Part shown: positions 1 through 17,100 of the stretch, one piece after another | How the letters are laid out: the number at the start of each line of letters is the position of its first letter | How positions within the stretch are numbered: the first letter of the stretch is position 1 | Assembly (NCBI RefSeq): GCF_009914755.1 | Contig: NC_060928.1 | Length of the DNA stretch: 64,000 nucleotides | Source of the DNA: the human T2T-CHM13v2.0 reference genome, Homo sapiens | Strand: one strand, 5' to 3' | The notes under the pieces: generated by a model | Databases searched by the model: none | The model's input: the letters and a program-made list of their open reading frames with translations, nothing else | What the model was told of the DNA's origin: nothing | Program-made: the position numbers and the translations under genes

Positions 1-260
1 AGGAATACCTAGAAACCTGGTAAAGCATTATCTGGATATGTCTATGAGGGTGTTTCCATAGATTAGTGTATGAGTCTGAGTAGATTAGGTGGCAAACATC
101 TGCCCTCGATATTGGTGGTCGCCATCCAACTGGCCAAGGGTTCAGAGAGAACAAATACAGAAAGGGAATGGCACTCTATCTGAGGGCTAGGACAGACTTT
201 TCTTCTAGCGGCCTCAGAACACCAGGCTCTCTGGCCTTTAGACTCTAGGATTTACACTAT
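1..260 (+). mobile_element. MLT2 (MLT2C-like) ERVL LTR fragment
   Basis: GGAATACCTAGAAACCTGGTAAAGCATTA...GAGGGTGTTTCC...GCCATCCAA...AGAGAACAAA resembles recalled MLT2C consensus; runs off the window start. Confidence 0.75.
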
Positions 261-1237
261 TCTGCCTTCATAAAATGCTCTTTGTCAGAGAATAAAAAGA
301 ATTCAACAAGCTCAGTGACCTGTTGAACCAAAGACACTTGCTAACTTCCTTCAGTGTTAGAAAACACATTACATGGTGAAATAATTTGATTAGGGATTTG
401 ACTGTTGAAGAAGATAGACTTCCTATATTTACCACTAAATCTAACACAGAAAAACTAGCACATGCTTCAGTTTGGCTAATAGATGGCACTTTCAAAACTC
501 TTTGTACTGTTTATATACAATTCATGACCCTGTTGGATCTGAAAATTCTAGAACTCTACAATTAGAATTCTGGAATTCTACCTTCTCATTTATGTATTAA
601 TGAATGGAAAAAGTGAAGCATTTTATAAACACTTATTTGAAGATTTGGTGGACTTTGCAGAAGAAAATGAATTTCAATCAAATCCTCAATCCATAATGAC
701 AGATTTGAAATTGGGTATGAACAAAGCTTCTAAAAGTGACTTTCAAGGTATTACCTACCAATAATGTTTGTTTTATCCATTAGGCTCAGTGCATTTGGTG
801 GAAAATTCAGATGAGCGCATTGGTCACCTGATAGGGCAATGACAAAAACTGTAGTTCAAAAATGTGTCATTTGCCCGCATTGGCATTCCTTCCAGCTGAT
901 GACATTCCAGGAGTTTTTAAGGAATTAAAGCCACATTTTTCTGAAGAAGCCAGCAAAGCTACTGACTGGTTCAAAAATAATTATGTGCATGGTAGGATAA
1001 AAAGACACACAACAATATTGCTGTTTGATCTCCAATCTTGTTTCTGCCAAATTTGTTGCCTGTAAATGTAGGCATGCAGAATGTATTTCTGCATACCCAA
1101 AACAACAAATAAATAAATATCTTTCAAATAATTTGAATTATAGCTTTAGAATTATATTTTCAGGATTTTGATCTTTCAGCATTTCAACATTTGGGATGAT
1201 GGCGTGATTGTGTCTTTCAGGATTATAATCAGCTCCC
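261..1237 (+). mobile_element. Ricksha-family MULE/MuDR DNA transposon, 3' part with terminal inverted repeat
   Basis: Decayed MULE transposase plus terminal ...GGATTTTGATCTTTCAGCATTTCAACATTTGGGATGATGGCG...GATTATAATCAGCTCCC ending at 1237, like the Ricksha TIR. Confidence 0.85.
410..1107 (+). pseudogene. Decayed MULE DDE transposase of Ricksha
   Basis: Translated pieces EDRLPIFTTKSNTEKLAHASVWLIDGTFKT (D at 482), IMTDL (D at 702), CFIH (CxxH, 769-780), ORF 862..1065 LAFLPADDIP...DWFKNNYV, and HTQNN; stops and frameshifts present. Confidence 0.85.
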
Positions 1238-1499
1238 TGGTAGATTATGTTCACTTTTCTAATACTTCTTACATTGTATTATGGTCATTTTTCACAAGTC
1301 TTTCTCCCACTGTAGGCTTGAAACTCAGGGAGTGGGCAAATTTATATCTACCTCTACATCCTGTTTCAAAGATGAAAGCAAACTTTAAAAATAAAAATGA
1401 ATAGGGCCTATAATTTGAGAAACATACATCTTTCAGTGCAAAGGAATCTGTAGATTTAGCAGTGGGAAAGCATGCTGACAAGGGAACAGTGCCCCTTGC

Positions 1500-1745
1500 A
1501 AAGAGCCTTGTGAAAAACACCCAGGATTAAGGGCTTTATCTTGCCTGTGATGGTGAGTCATCGAAGGCTTTAAAAATGGCATGGTCAAATTTACTTTTGA
1601 AAAGATGACTCTGAGTGCACTAGAGACAAATGCGTCTGGCAGCAGGAAGTCCAGTTAGGTGGCTGTGGCAACAATACAGAGGGGAAAAAGGAGACCTAAA
1701 TCAAGGAAGTGGCGGAAGAGAGGTAGGGGAGAAGGCATATTAGAG
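1500..1745 (-). mobile_element. L2 fragment
   Basis: GGCATGGTCAAATTTACTTTTGAAAAGATGACTCTG...CCAGTTAGGTGGCTGTGGCA is typical antisense L2. Confidence 0.6.
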
Positions 1746-2016
1746 AAGCAACCAGGAGGATTTTGCAACTTCAATTGCTCAACTGACTATTATCGGTTAT
1801 TTACTATTTACTAGGTAGGATAGGGAGAAATAGTCCCCAGCCCTGCTTCTGAGGAACTCAATTATTTTAGGGGGAATGAAAAAAGTCAGGTGTTTTCTAT
1901 TATAAAATGAGAAGAAATGTACTTTATTGGCAAATATTTGGAAAAATCTAGTGAATACTGCTTATGATAGTACTCTTTAAATTATTTATTTATAGGTATT
2001 CTTAAAAGCAAAAATA

Positions 2017-2121
2017 GTGCCAGGTACTATTCTTTACATTTGTTAATCCATTCAGTCCTCAGAACAGCTCTATGTGGTAGGTTCCAATATTAGCTCCATT
2101 TTACAGATGAAGAAACCAAAG
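2017..2121 (-). mobile_element. MIR fragment
   Basis: MIR core CCATTTTACAGATGAAGAAAC. Confidence 0.7.
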
Positions 2122-2493
2122 TATTGTTGTTATTGAATTACACCAAGTAGCTTATCTGATTATCATAAAAATATGCCATGCCTTTAGAATGCAACCTTAG
2201 ACAGCAGACAATAAGATGGAGCTAATAACATAGTACAAACTGATTGACCTTTTCCTAAGTTTAGGGGTGTGTGCTGCATGAATGTAGGTGAACAAAGCTG
2301 GGCCAAGAGTCACTCTGATCCATTCCTGCAATCCAAATTGCTAAACTAAATGAGTGGTTGGATATATGAAAGCATGGATGAGTGGTTGGCTAGTGGATGA
2401 AAGATAGATCCATCTCAGCATGTGATTTTTAAAACAGGTGAAGCCAGTTGATCTCATATAACATATATGTGATAGCTCTTAAAGAGAAGTCAA

Positions 2494-2904
<411 letters not shown>

Positions 2905-3947
2905 TTAAACTGATGTTTGATTAAGCCCCTGGCTTTTAAATTTGGTTTCCCTTGCTTAGACCATCTGGGGACATTTGTATTCCTCATTCAGAATTTTGAA
3001 TTCCCAATCCAGGGGTCAGTGCCCTGTGCTATTTGGCCAATCCTCCACGAACAGGGGAATTCAGACTAGATGGATGGAAGAATGGATATATCATCACCTG
3101 GACCTCATAAATTACTAGATTAGAGATCACAGTTGGGCCCAGAAATGTACGCCTTATTCTTCAACACTTTATTTTTGTTTCCACTTTCTACAGCTTGTCT
3201 TGGCAGAATAATTTTTAGCAGAATTATTCTTGATTGACTGTCAACTTTATTTTAAGCCAGTATCTTATCCATGCCTAGAGCAAAAGTTATATAATGTTTC
3301 GCTAGGATAACTGGGAGTTCAGCTATTGGAATTCAACAATTAATAATGAAAGTATCAAGTCATGAGATTTTCCATTCTCTATAGGGTCTCCTGTTTGTCT
3401 GACTTTGAACTTTGAAGATTTTTTAGTAGACACCAGATTTCACACTTGAGTGGGTTCCTGCCCTCAGGTTTAACCAATATGCTTTTTCTCTCAGCTATAG
3501 CAGATACTGTTCTATTTTATTTGAATTCAAGTAAAATAGGGTTTGGTTGGGTGTACACATTCATCCTATGGGCCTTTTGTTCTTTTTCTACTATTTTTAA
3601 AGGAATATCCATATTTTTGTACGGTTTTATCACAGAGACAACTGCTTAAGAGTAAGGATTAGAGCGTGAATCAAGGGAAAGCCACAGGTTCTATGAAAAC
3701 TGAACCACCAAACATGATTCTAGGAAATCCTTTGGATTCCAAGCACAATTGCATTTAACTCCTTTACATGCATGATATCTCCAAAAGAGATTTAATTCAT
3801 CAGAGTTATGGTATGATATAGCAGAAAGTCTATTAGCTTTGTTAGAACAAAAGTAGACAGTTATGAGCTAACCTGAAATTTACTTATTTTAACATCTTCC
3901 TTCCTCCCTTTTTTCCTTTGTTTACTTCTCTTCTTCTTCCTTTCCTT

Positions 3948-4545
3948 AAACATGTATTTACTGTGCACCTGCTATGGAGCAGGCCCTGTGTTCGCATCTG
4001 GAGTAAAACCACATATTCTCTATCATGGATTCTATAAACTTAAGACTGACATGTTAATACTTCTGTCCTGGGGCTCACATCTATCCAAAAATCAGGTAAG
4101 TTTGCTCGTGAATGTTGAGCTCTGCTGACTAAGTACAAACAAGTGCAGTAGATCTGAAACAGTAGAGGAGGGCTCCTGGGAGAGGAATTTGCTAGGGTAG
4201 AGGTTCTGTGGAAAGAATAGGACAGCAGTTGCAGCTGGGGTGCTGAGACTGAGGGGATATGGTGAGAGATAAGTCCTAAAAGGCAAGTCATGGTCAGAGA
4301 AGGAAGGACCTATGTCATTCTAAAGAGGAGAAGAGGTATATTTGCAGTGACTAGCCTGGTGTGTTGAAAATACTCTTGTGGTTACAGAGTGAAGAGCAGG
4401 TTGAAGAGGGGCATGAACAGATGTGAGCAGATCAGTTAGAAGGATATGGCAGCAAGCCAAAGGTAAGACAATGATAGCTTCTACTTGGATGGGGTGATGG
4501 AGATGGAAAGAAATAGACTTATCCTAGACAAAATTGGAGGGAAAA
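3948..4545 (-). mobile_element. L2 fragments
   Basis: ATTTACTGTGCACCTGCTATGGAGCAGGCCCTGTG and GATCAGTTAGAAGGATATGGCAGCAAG-type antisense L2 segments. Confidence 0.55.
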
Positions 4546-5296
4546 GGCTTTCTTTAAGCTCCTCCAAGCTAAATTCTATTCTTTCAGAAAGCTTCTCTCA
4601 TTTTTGAGATGAACAGAGTGTGTTTTTAGACTCTTATCTTCTTGTTCCCCTTTATAACCAGATTTGGCTTTATAAAGCTCTTCATTTTACATGTTTGTTT
4701 GTTTTTTTGTACAAAGTAATAAATGAAAAGCAGCAATTAAGGCCATTTCAATTGACCTTTATGTGTTTAGTGGTTTAGTGTGAATTCATTCCATCATCAT
4801 AGAAGAAATCATTCTTGAAAAAGATCTATTGTTAGGGCCTGGGAAATTCAGAAATAAATAAGCCACTCTCCTTATTTGCCCTCAAGAAATCCCCTTTATC
4901 AGGGGAGAAGGACATGCAAATAGATCATTGCAAGGATATGATGTGAACAAGATCAAAAGCATGCACCAAATGCAGAAAAGATCTCAGAGAGGAATTGGAT
5001 GATTCTGATGATAGGTTATAAGAGGATTAAGAAGGTCACAAGTCACCCAATATTTGAGACAGAGCAGTGGTTTTCAAACTAAAACTAAACACATGATTAC
5101 CAGGCAGAGCTTGGATGAGTAGCTGAATATACAAGGGAAAATAAAGCAGTTTGAAATACTCTAGAAGCATATTGCTTTGGACATGTCTTTGATAGCTATC
5201 CTGTTTAACTGGATCTCCAACAGCAATAACTGGCAAGACAGAACAGGAAAGGGAGAAACATTCCCCAGACTCCATGGTGCCAGCATGTTGTTCAAC

Positions 5297-6169
5297 ATGA
5301 GGGACTTCCTGGGACTTCAGTCTACTTATAAGTCTAGAAGAAAAGAGTGGTGGTGTGGGGGTGGGTCCTGAGAACAATATGTACTGTATTGCAAAACAAT
5401 AATCTCAAGAGAGGCTGTTAAAATTTCCTCAAGTAAGGCAGGATTCCCTCCTTCAAACAGGAATGAAGAGATGCCTTCTACTAAAGCTGGGAAGGTTGCT
5501 TCCACTGGTAAAGGAGACTCATCAGAATTTAGAGGCTCATTATCCCCAGCTTTATTGAGGTCTTCTCACACATCCCTCTTCAAATTTTTGGTATCCTTTT
5601 CTTTCGCAATCAATGCCCTCACTTTAACGTTAGACACCCTGTAAGGTGGGAATTCAACTTGCATTGTAACTCAGCCAGTCACTAAATGAGATTCTGGGTT
5701 TGGTTTTCAGGAATCTCACCCTGTGGCTGTAGGAGAAAAGGATCTTCTTCAGGGTACACATAGAAGATTTCAGATCATTTATGGGCCACTTGAGTTGGGA
5801 ATTTGAGTTTCTGAGCTCATTCTTCTTTTCCAACACTTTGTCCAATGACCATAGGAGCAATCATCTAGCCTCGTTACAGTTGTTAGTTTGATTAAAAAAA
5901 TGTTTAAAAATATCATGTATACCATCATTCACATCCTTGCCTCTCATAAGTGGTTATTAGGAATGTCCAATGGTGATATGTTGCATATTTCTATTGCCAG
6001 ATGACATCATGGACTATTAGTTTTCTGCTTACTATAAAAATAGAGTAATTTATGTCTTTAAATATAATCACATTAGACAGCCAATTTCAGAAATGGAAAA
6101 CCAATTCTAAAAACTCATTCTTAAATTTTTTTTTTAAGGATAAGTTTTTCACTCTCAGTATCAAAAATC
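5297..6169 (-). mobile_element. ERVL internal region (leader and decayed gag)
   Basis: Minus-strand ORFs LLWSLDKVLEKKNELRNSNSQLK (5654..5860) and PTPPLFSSRLISRLKSQ (5036..5377) resemble HERV-L gag; degenerate tRNA-Leu PBS TGATACTGAGAGTG (minus strand of 6150-6163). Confidence 0.85.
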
Positions 6170-6744
6170 TATATTTGTCAGATTATCTATCTATCAAAAT
6201 AGAGAGCAATATTTATTATAAGAAACTGACTCATATGATTATGGAGGCTGGAAAGTCCCAAAATTTGCAGAAGGAGTAGACAAGCTGGAGACCCTACAGA
6301 GTTGATGATTTAGTTCCAGTTGAATTTCAAAGTCTGAAAACTAGATTATTTGATAGTGTATTTCCAGTTTGAATCTGAAGACCTGAGAACCAGGACAGCC
6401 AATGATGTAGTTCCAGTCTGAAGGCCAGCAGGCTGGAGACCCAGGAAGATTTGATGTTTCAGTTCAAGTTAAAAGGCAGGAGCAAAGTTAATGTTCTAGT
6501 TCAAAGACCATCAAGCAGGGAGAATTTCCTCTGAGGAGACAGTTGGTTTTTTATTCTATTCAGACCTTCAGCTGATTAGATGAAGTCCACCCACATTATG
6601 GAGGACAATCTGTTTTATTCATTCTACTGATTCAAATGTTAATCTCCTCCAAAAATGCCCTCATGGACATACCCAGAATCAAATATGACCAAATATCTGG
6701 ACCTCTTTTGACCTAATCAAATTGACATACAAAATTGATCAGCA
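6170..6744 (-). mobile_element. MLT2B-type LTR, the 5' LTR of the ERVL above
   Basis: ATGATTATGGAGGCTGGAAAGTCCCAAAATTTGCAG...CCACATTATGGAGGACAATCTG...AAATTGACATACAAAATTGATCAGCA; abuts the PBS. Confidence 0.85.
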
Positions 6745-7084
6745 TTTAGGATGTCTTTCTTTACAGCTTAGATAGGATGGTGGGAAACCAGCTCACTTGG
6801 AATATATCTGTCTCACATAAACTTATAAGTAAATATATATCATATATAGTAAATAATCTTCATGTAGGCAACTTTACAAAGTTTTGATAAACACACAGCA
6901 CCCTGTCAATCCCCTGTAATTTTATCTCCAACCTACCATTCATAGCCCATAGATCAGACCATCATCTTCCTCTCCTCATAAAGCAAATTCTTCTTTAATT
7001 ATCATAAGAGCATGGTTTTAAAATATATATTTATTTAATGTTTTAAAAAATACAAGTTTGAATGTTTTGGATGCTTGCATCAGA

Positions 7085-7400
7085 ATTGAGGAAAGGGATA
7101 AATTGGGAAGTTATGCAGTAACAACACATGCTTTATCCAGTCATGGTGGGGGTGAGTGGCTCTGGAACTAAAATAGGTGTACAAAATTATCCTGAACTTT
7201 GATATGGAGGCAGGGCCTTTATAACCCAGCATTGGACCAGTCATTAAGTGTGCTATGTGCCTTGGAAAGAGTTCTGATCGCATGTTAAGTCTATTACTTC
7301 AGCCAAGAGGTACATCAGGAGGGATGAGCTACAAGCCATCAATAATCCCTGGAGCTTAGGTGAATGAGCTTTTCAGTCTTGAGTAGGAGTGGGAAAGCTG
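7085..7400. mobile_element. Old ERVL LTR fragment (LTR33-like)
   Basis: GCTCTGGAACT...GGCAGGGCCTTTATAACCCAGCATTGGACCAGTCATT motif. Confidence 0.5.
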
Positions 7401-7699
7401 ATAGTATAGCAGCTCATCCTCCACTCCCTATTGCAGTTCTTTGCCAATCATATCAAGATATGAATGGGATGCTAATGTGTGGTTCAGTTCATAATTATGC
7501 ATCAAATAATCTGGTAGAAGTTCCAACCTGGAGAGCAATGCCACAGTGTTGGCTAAAACAGCCTTGGAGCTGTGATTATGGTCACCTTCTCCTGATGTTT
7601 GACTGAAAGAGCTAAAGGAGGCCTGTTTCCATGTAGTCACAAAAACATGACACAGAGTTCAGTGAGAGGGCAGGATAAGGTACGGCTTGGGGAAGAGTC

Positions 7700-8073
7700 T
7701 GAGCTCCATAAAGTCATTCAAGGGTCTAAACGCCTTCCATCTTGTGACTCCATCCTGTTCAAGATCATTAGAGTTTTCTTTTGTCCACTACTGGAAAGAA
7801 ATAGGTCATCTTAATGAACAGGACTGCACATGGCTTTTATCACTTCTGCTCATATTTTATTGGGCATAAGTAAGTCTCCTGGGCTTACTGAGCTAAATAA
7901 GGAAGTCTGTAAAACGTACTCCAGCTGTTTGTTCAGGAAGTAAAGAACACTAATATTGACTGGGCACGGTGGCTCATGCCTGTAACCCCAGCACTTTGGG
8001 AGACCAAGGCAGGTGGATCGCAAAGTCAGGAGATCGAGACCTGCCTGGCCAAAATGGTGAAATCCCGTCTCTA

Positions 8074-8113
<40 letters not shown>

Positions 8114-8310
8114 AGCTGGGCATGATGGTGCATGCCTGTAGTCCCAACTATCTGGGAGGCTGAGGCAGGGGAATCGCTTGAACTCAGAAGTTGCAGTGAG
8201 GTCAGATCGCACCACTGCACTCCAGCCTGGCAACAGAGCGAGACTCCATCTCAAAAAAAAGAAAGAAAAAAGAACACTAATATTTGCACTCAGCAATGGT
8301 CTCTGCCACA
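7700..8310 (-). mobile_element. Old MLT1 (K/L-like) LTR interrupted by an Alu
   Basis: CACTTCTGCTCATATTTTATTGGGC before the Alu; terminal GTCTCTGCCACA after it. Confidence 0.55.
7958..8268 (+). mobile_element. Alu, AluSc-like, with expanded central A-linker
   Basis: Perfect 16-bp TSD AAAGAACACTAATATT (7942-7957, 8269-8284); central A run 8076-8111. Confidence 0.95.
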
Positions 8311-8329
8311 CAATAGAAAGACCTTAGGC

Positions 8330-8480
8330 AGAATTATGTTCAAATTCCAGTTGTGCCATCATGTGCCATCACATCCGTAGCTGTGCCTCATGGGGCCAAT
8401 TGTCAACCTTTCTGACTCATTTTTCTCATCTCTAAAATGTGACTATTATGTGTTTCTGCACGGCTTGTGGAAAAATTCAT
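8330..8480 (+). mobile_element. MIR fragment
   Basis: GTTCAAATTCCAG...TCATTTTTCTCATCTCTAAAATG. Confidence 0.6.
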
Positions 8481-9952
8481 TGTGGTGAATTTGATTTCAC
8501 AGAAAGTCTTACATAGTTTTTCTTTCTGTCTTCTTTTTCTAGCTCGTTATAAGTATGATCTTTCTAGTATTTGGAGCTGTCCAAAGAGGTGTGAAATTTG
8601 GTGGCCTGAAAGTTAGTCGCCCTGGGAGGAATTTTCATGAAGTGGCAAATGGGCCGTATTGACTTCCAAAGTTCTTCAATCCCATAGAAACAGCTGAGAT
8701 AGTCATTAAACTCACACCAAGTTAAGCCAGAATCAGACTGGGCATTCACACTGGAACCAATCTGGAAAGTGCTCAGTAACCATAGCTTTTCTTTTCTTCT
8801 GGAACTAAGTCTTCTCAGCAGAATATCGACATCTATAAAGCTTTCAGACTCGACTTTTCATTTCTCCTCTTTGCAGAGCTGTGCTTGTCTTGGCCTTTTC
8901 ATCTCGGCATTTAAGTGAGAAGAATTTCAATTGTTTGCAGTCAATCCCACAGTGCTTTTTCAATTTCCTTTTGTTTTCTTTGGGATTTTCAGAAAACCTC
9001 ATGTGCCCTATATAATGCAGTTGTGATTCCAAGAGTCTGGTGCCTCAAAGTCACTGACAGATGCTTAAAAATATTTCAACTCCTGTGTATGAGAAGGAGC
9101 ATTGAATTAGGCATTAGAAGGCCAGTGCCACACTCCAGCCCTGCCATTAATTAGCTGTGTGACCTTCAAGAAGTACTTTTTTTTTTTCCTTTCTAGGTTT
9201 TAGTTTTTCAATTGAATAAGGAGAGTAAGTTGAATCCATGGTTTGTAAACCATGTTTTGTGGAATCCTGGGTTTTCTTGGAGATATTTCCAGGACGGTGG
9301 GTATTTCCAGGGGTGATGAAATGCAGTCTTTTCCCCATATGACTCAATTTTTTACTTAATGTGTATATTTGGAGTTCTAGTAATGTCTTAATACTTGATG
9401 TTTCATTAATTTTTGTTTAAACCACTAAATTCTGATGACCCCTAAGGGCCAATCATGCTTCTACTTTCTCTAGCATGATAAGTTGACCAACATACGTATG
9501 TTTTTTCAAATGTAGGATAAAATGAAGAACTGACAAAATACTCAATTTTAGAGGAAATCAAATTAAGTCAGTTGTATCATAAAATAGCACAGAAGTAAGC
9601 TCAAATAGAAGCTCTGCCTTCAACTGCCTTTGGGTAAATCATTTGAATTTTTGAGCTTTAAGTTACTCATTGTAAGATGTAGAAGAAAGTGCTCACCTTG
9701 CAGATTACGATTGAAGTTAGTGCTGTACAGTGTCAAGCATAGAGGCAGCAAATTTGCACAACTGCTGGTTTTCACTCCCACACCCACTGCCCACCAATTA
9801 ATGCCAGATTTTCTTCCCACCCTAGATGTGGCTCTGGAATCCTTCCCACACTGGGCAGTAGGCAACCACTACTATAAGAGGAAATCTCCATTTGGGATAA
9901 AGTGCAGCTGACATCCTGTTACACTCCCATTTTCTGTCTGTATAATAAGAAT

Positions 9953-10293
9953 AGCTGTAGACTGAATTGTGTCCCCCCCAAAAAAAAATTCATATATAGA
10001 AGCAATAACTTCCAATGTGACTATTTGGAGACAGGACCTATATGGCAGTAATTAAGGTTAAATGAGAATTGGGCCCTGATCTAATAGGAATAGTGTTTTG
10101 TGAGATACCAGAGAGCTCACTTTCTCTGCTATGTGATGAGACAGTGAGAAGGCAGCTATCACCAAGCCAGAAAGAGGGTCCTCATCAGAACTCAATCTTG
10201 TTGTCACCTTGATCTTGAACTTCCAGCCCCCAGAACTGTGTGAAAATAAATTTCTGTTGGTTAAGCCACCCAGCCTATGGTATTTTCTTACAA
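9953..10293 (+). mobile_element. MLT1A-type MaLR solo LTR
   Basis: GACTGAATTGTGTCCCCCC...CCTTGATCTTGAACTTCCAGCCCCCAGAACTGTG...AATAAATTTCTGTTGGTTAAGCCACCCAG. Confidence 0.9.
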
Positions 10294-10971
10294 CTTAAAG
10301 GAATGCCAATGCCTTTTTAGATATGTATTATGATGATTAAAGAGGGCACCTTGCATCCAATATTATGCATGTCTACTATCCATGGGACTCTATCATAGGT
10401 GTAGGGCATTTAAAGGCACATGTACCGTGTATCAATTCTCATGGAAGTGACTGTCTTAAAGAAAGTGCTAACATACTGCCATTGCATAAAATAACCTAGA
10501 AAGTGCATGCTACCTTGGAGACATGCATACACAGTTAAAAAAACATAAATGCCAGTTAGATGCAGATTTAGTTGTAAATAATATTAACTGAAGACTTTGT
10601 ATAATAGTTTAATTTGGAAAGGAACTACAATTTGTTTTTGACTCTGAGCATACCACGTGCCTTTTACCTTTTAACACATTCTCTCCACTAACCACAGTGG
10701 CCAGAATAGAATAGGAGATTGTACCTGTTTGTGGAATAAGCACATGAATTAATGTTAATATGTAATATATTATACATAATATATATAACCATATCTCATA
10801 TCAAAGAGAGGGGAAAGGAAAATATACACTAAATTGTTAGTAGATTATCTTCACTTTTCATGAATCCATGTTTATATATAATAAAAATAAACATTTACAT
10901 TTCTTTTGTGGTCAAAAAAGGAATTCTATCATTGATGTTTAGCTAGGAAAACAGAAGCCACTCTAGATGAC

Positions 10972-11119
10972 CTGATATCGACTAAATGATTATCCCCCAC
11001 AAATTCATATTTTGAAGCCCAAACCCCCAGTATGATGGTATTTGCAGGTGGGGTCTTTAGGCAGTAATTAAGGTTAGATAAGGTTATAAAGGTGGGAGAC
11101 TCCTGATAGAATTAGTGTT
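10972..11119 (+). mobile_element. MLT1A-type LTR, 5' part (interrupted by L1)
   Basis: CCCCCACAAATTCATATTTTGAAGCCC...GGTATTTGCAGGTGGGGTCTTTAGGCAGTAATTAAGGTTAGAT. Confidence 0.8.
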
Positions 11120-11717
11120 GGCTGCTGGTTGTGGCAGACTGTGGCCAGAGTGCCTCCTCAGACCTGACCCTGACTCATCCTTCCTCACTGGGTGGGGCTT
11201 CCCTGCAGGAACTCCAAAAACTCCAGCCAGAGGCTCAGGGACAGATCCCAGATCTCCCTGGGCCTGAGGCCCTTAAGGAGTAGAATGGCCACAGACTCTG
11301 TGGACCAGCAGACTTAGCCTTTCCCATTGGTTGTTCTGAGGAATCCCGGCAGCCCAGATAAGCGTGTTTCCCCTTAGTGAAGCACACCCCCCTCCACCAA
11401 GGAACAAAGTGCTTCGTTAAATGGGTCTTGTTCCCTGTGCCACCCAACTGGTTGAGACCCTCCAACAGGGATTGTCAGACACCCTATACAGGAGCCTCCT
11501 TGAGTGACATCTTCAGGCACGGGAGCAAACCAGATGAACAGGGCCTGAAGTGAACCCCCCCAGCAAACTGCAGTAGCCCTACAAAAAAGAAACCTGACCA
11601 TTGAAAGAAAAACAAACAAAGAGAAAGCAACAACAACAGCATTATCAACAACAAAAACAGTCCCCACAAGAACCATATCCAAGGGTCAGCAGCCTCAAAG
11701 ATCGAAACTAGACAAAG

Positions 11718-12745
11718 ATTAGAAAGAATCAATGAAAAAAACACTGAAAACCCAAAAGGCCAGAGTGTCTCTTCTCCTCCACATGATTGCAATGTCTCTC
11801 CAACAAAGGTGTAGAACTGGACAAACGAAGAGATGGACAAATTGATAGAAGTAGGCTTCAGAAGATGGGTAATAAAAAACTACACTGAGCTAAAGGAGCA
11901 TGTTCTAACCCAATGCACAGAAGCTAATAAATTTGATAAGAGGTGAGAGGAGCTGCTAACTAGAATAACCAATTTAGAGAGAAACATAAATGACCTGATG
12001 GAGCTGAAAAACACAGCACAAGAACTTCGCAAAGCATACACAAGTATCAATAGCCAAATCGACCAAGTAGAAGAAAGTATATCAGAGTTTGAAGACCACC
12101 TTGCTGAAATAAGGCATGCAGATAAGACTAGATGAAAAAGAATAAAAAGGAAAAAACAAAGCCTCCAAGAAATAATAGAGCTTCATAAAAAGACCAAACC
12201 TTCGATTGAGTGAAGTACCTGAAAGAGACTAGGAGAATGGAAATGAGCTGGAAAACACACTTCAGGATATTATCCAGGAGAACTGCCTCAACCTAGAAAG
12301 ACAGACCAACATGCAAATTCAGGAAATACAGAGAACATCACTAAGATACTGCACAAGAAGATCAACCCCAAGACACATAATCATCAGATTGTCCAAGGTC
12401 AAAATGAAGGAAAAAATGTTAAGGGCAGCCAGAGGGAAAGGCCAGGTCACCTACAAAGGGAAGCCCATCAAACTACCAGTGGAGCTTTCAGCAGAAACTC
12501 TACAAGTCAGAAAAGATTGGGAGCCAATATTCAACATTCTTAGAGAAAAGAATCTTCAACCCAGAATTTCATATCCAGATAAACTAAGCTTCATAAATGA
12601 AGAAGAAATAAAATCCTTTCCAGACAAGCAAATGCTGAGGGATTTTGTTACCACCAGGCCTGCCTTGTAAGAGCTTCTGAAAGAAGCATTAATTATGGAA
12701 AGAAAAAACCAGTACCAGCCACTGCAAAAACACACCAAAATATAA
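11718..12745 (+). pseudogene. L1 ORF1p remnant
   Basis: ORF 12311..12670 RRSTPRHIIIRLSK...PRISYPDKLSF is the ORF1p RRM/CTD; start appears mutated to ATT; stops and frameshifts. Confidence 0.9.
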
Positions 12746-12805
12746 AGACCAATGACACTATGAAGAAACTGAATCAACTGGTGTGCAAAATAACCTGATA
12801 ACATA

Positions 12806-16804
<3,999 letters not shown>

Positions 16805-17014
16805 ACAATGAGAGTACATGGACACAGGGAGGGAAACAACACACGCCAGGGGCTATTTGGGGGTGGGAGGTGACAGGAGGTAATTTAGAAGACTGGTCAG
16901 TAAGTGCAGCAAACCACCATGGCACACGTATACCTATGTAATAAACCTGCACATTCTGCACATGTATCCCAGAACGTGAAGTAAAATAAAATTAAAAAAA
17001 GGACCAACAATTAC

Positions 17015-17046
17015 GTGTGTGTGTGTGCGTGCGTGTGTGTGTGTGT
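17015..17046. repeat. Interrupted (TG)n microsatellite
   Basis: GTGTGTGTGTGTGCGTGCGTGTGTGTGTGTGT. Confidence 0.9.
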
Positions 17047-17100
17047 TGTTTAAGGCAAGTCTGGAGTACTTTATCATAGCAGACTGAGAAGACTAATACA
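17046..17100 (+). mobile_element. MLT1A-type LTR 3' terminus
   Basis: TTGTTTAAG...CATAGCAGACTGAGAAGACTAATACA. Confidence 0.65.

Noticed and set aside
563-580. TAGAATTC-TG-GAATTCTA palindrome in Ricksha
   Set aside because: An 8-bp stem in AT-rich DNA is too short to separate from chance.
7850-8311. 153-aa ORF and similar ORFs (46701..47141, 26087..26407, 61267..61737)
   Set aside because: Typical antisense Alu translations, with poly-Phe from A/T runs.
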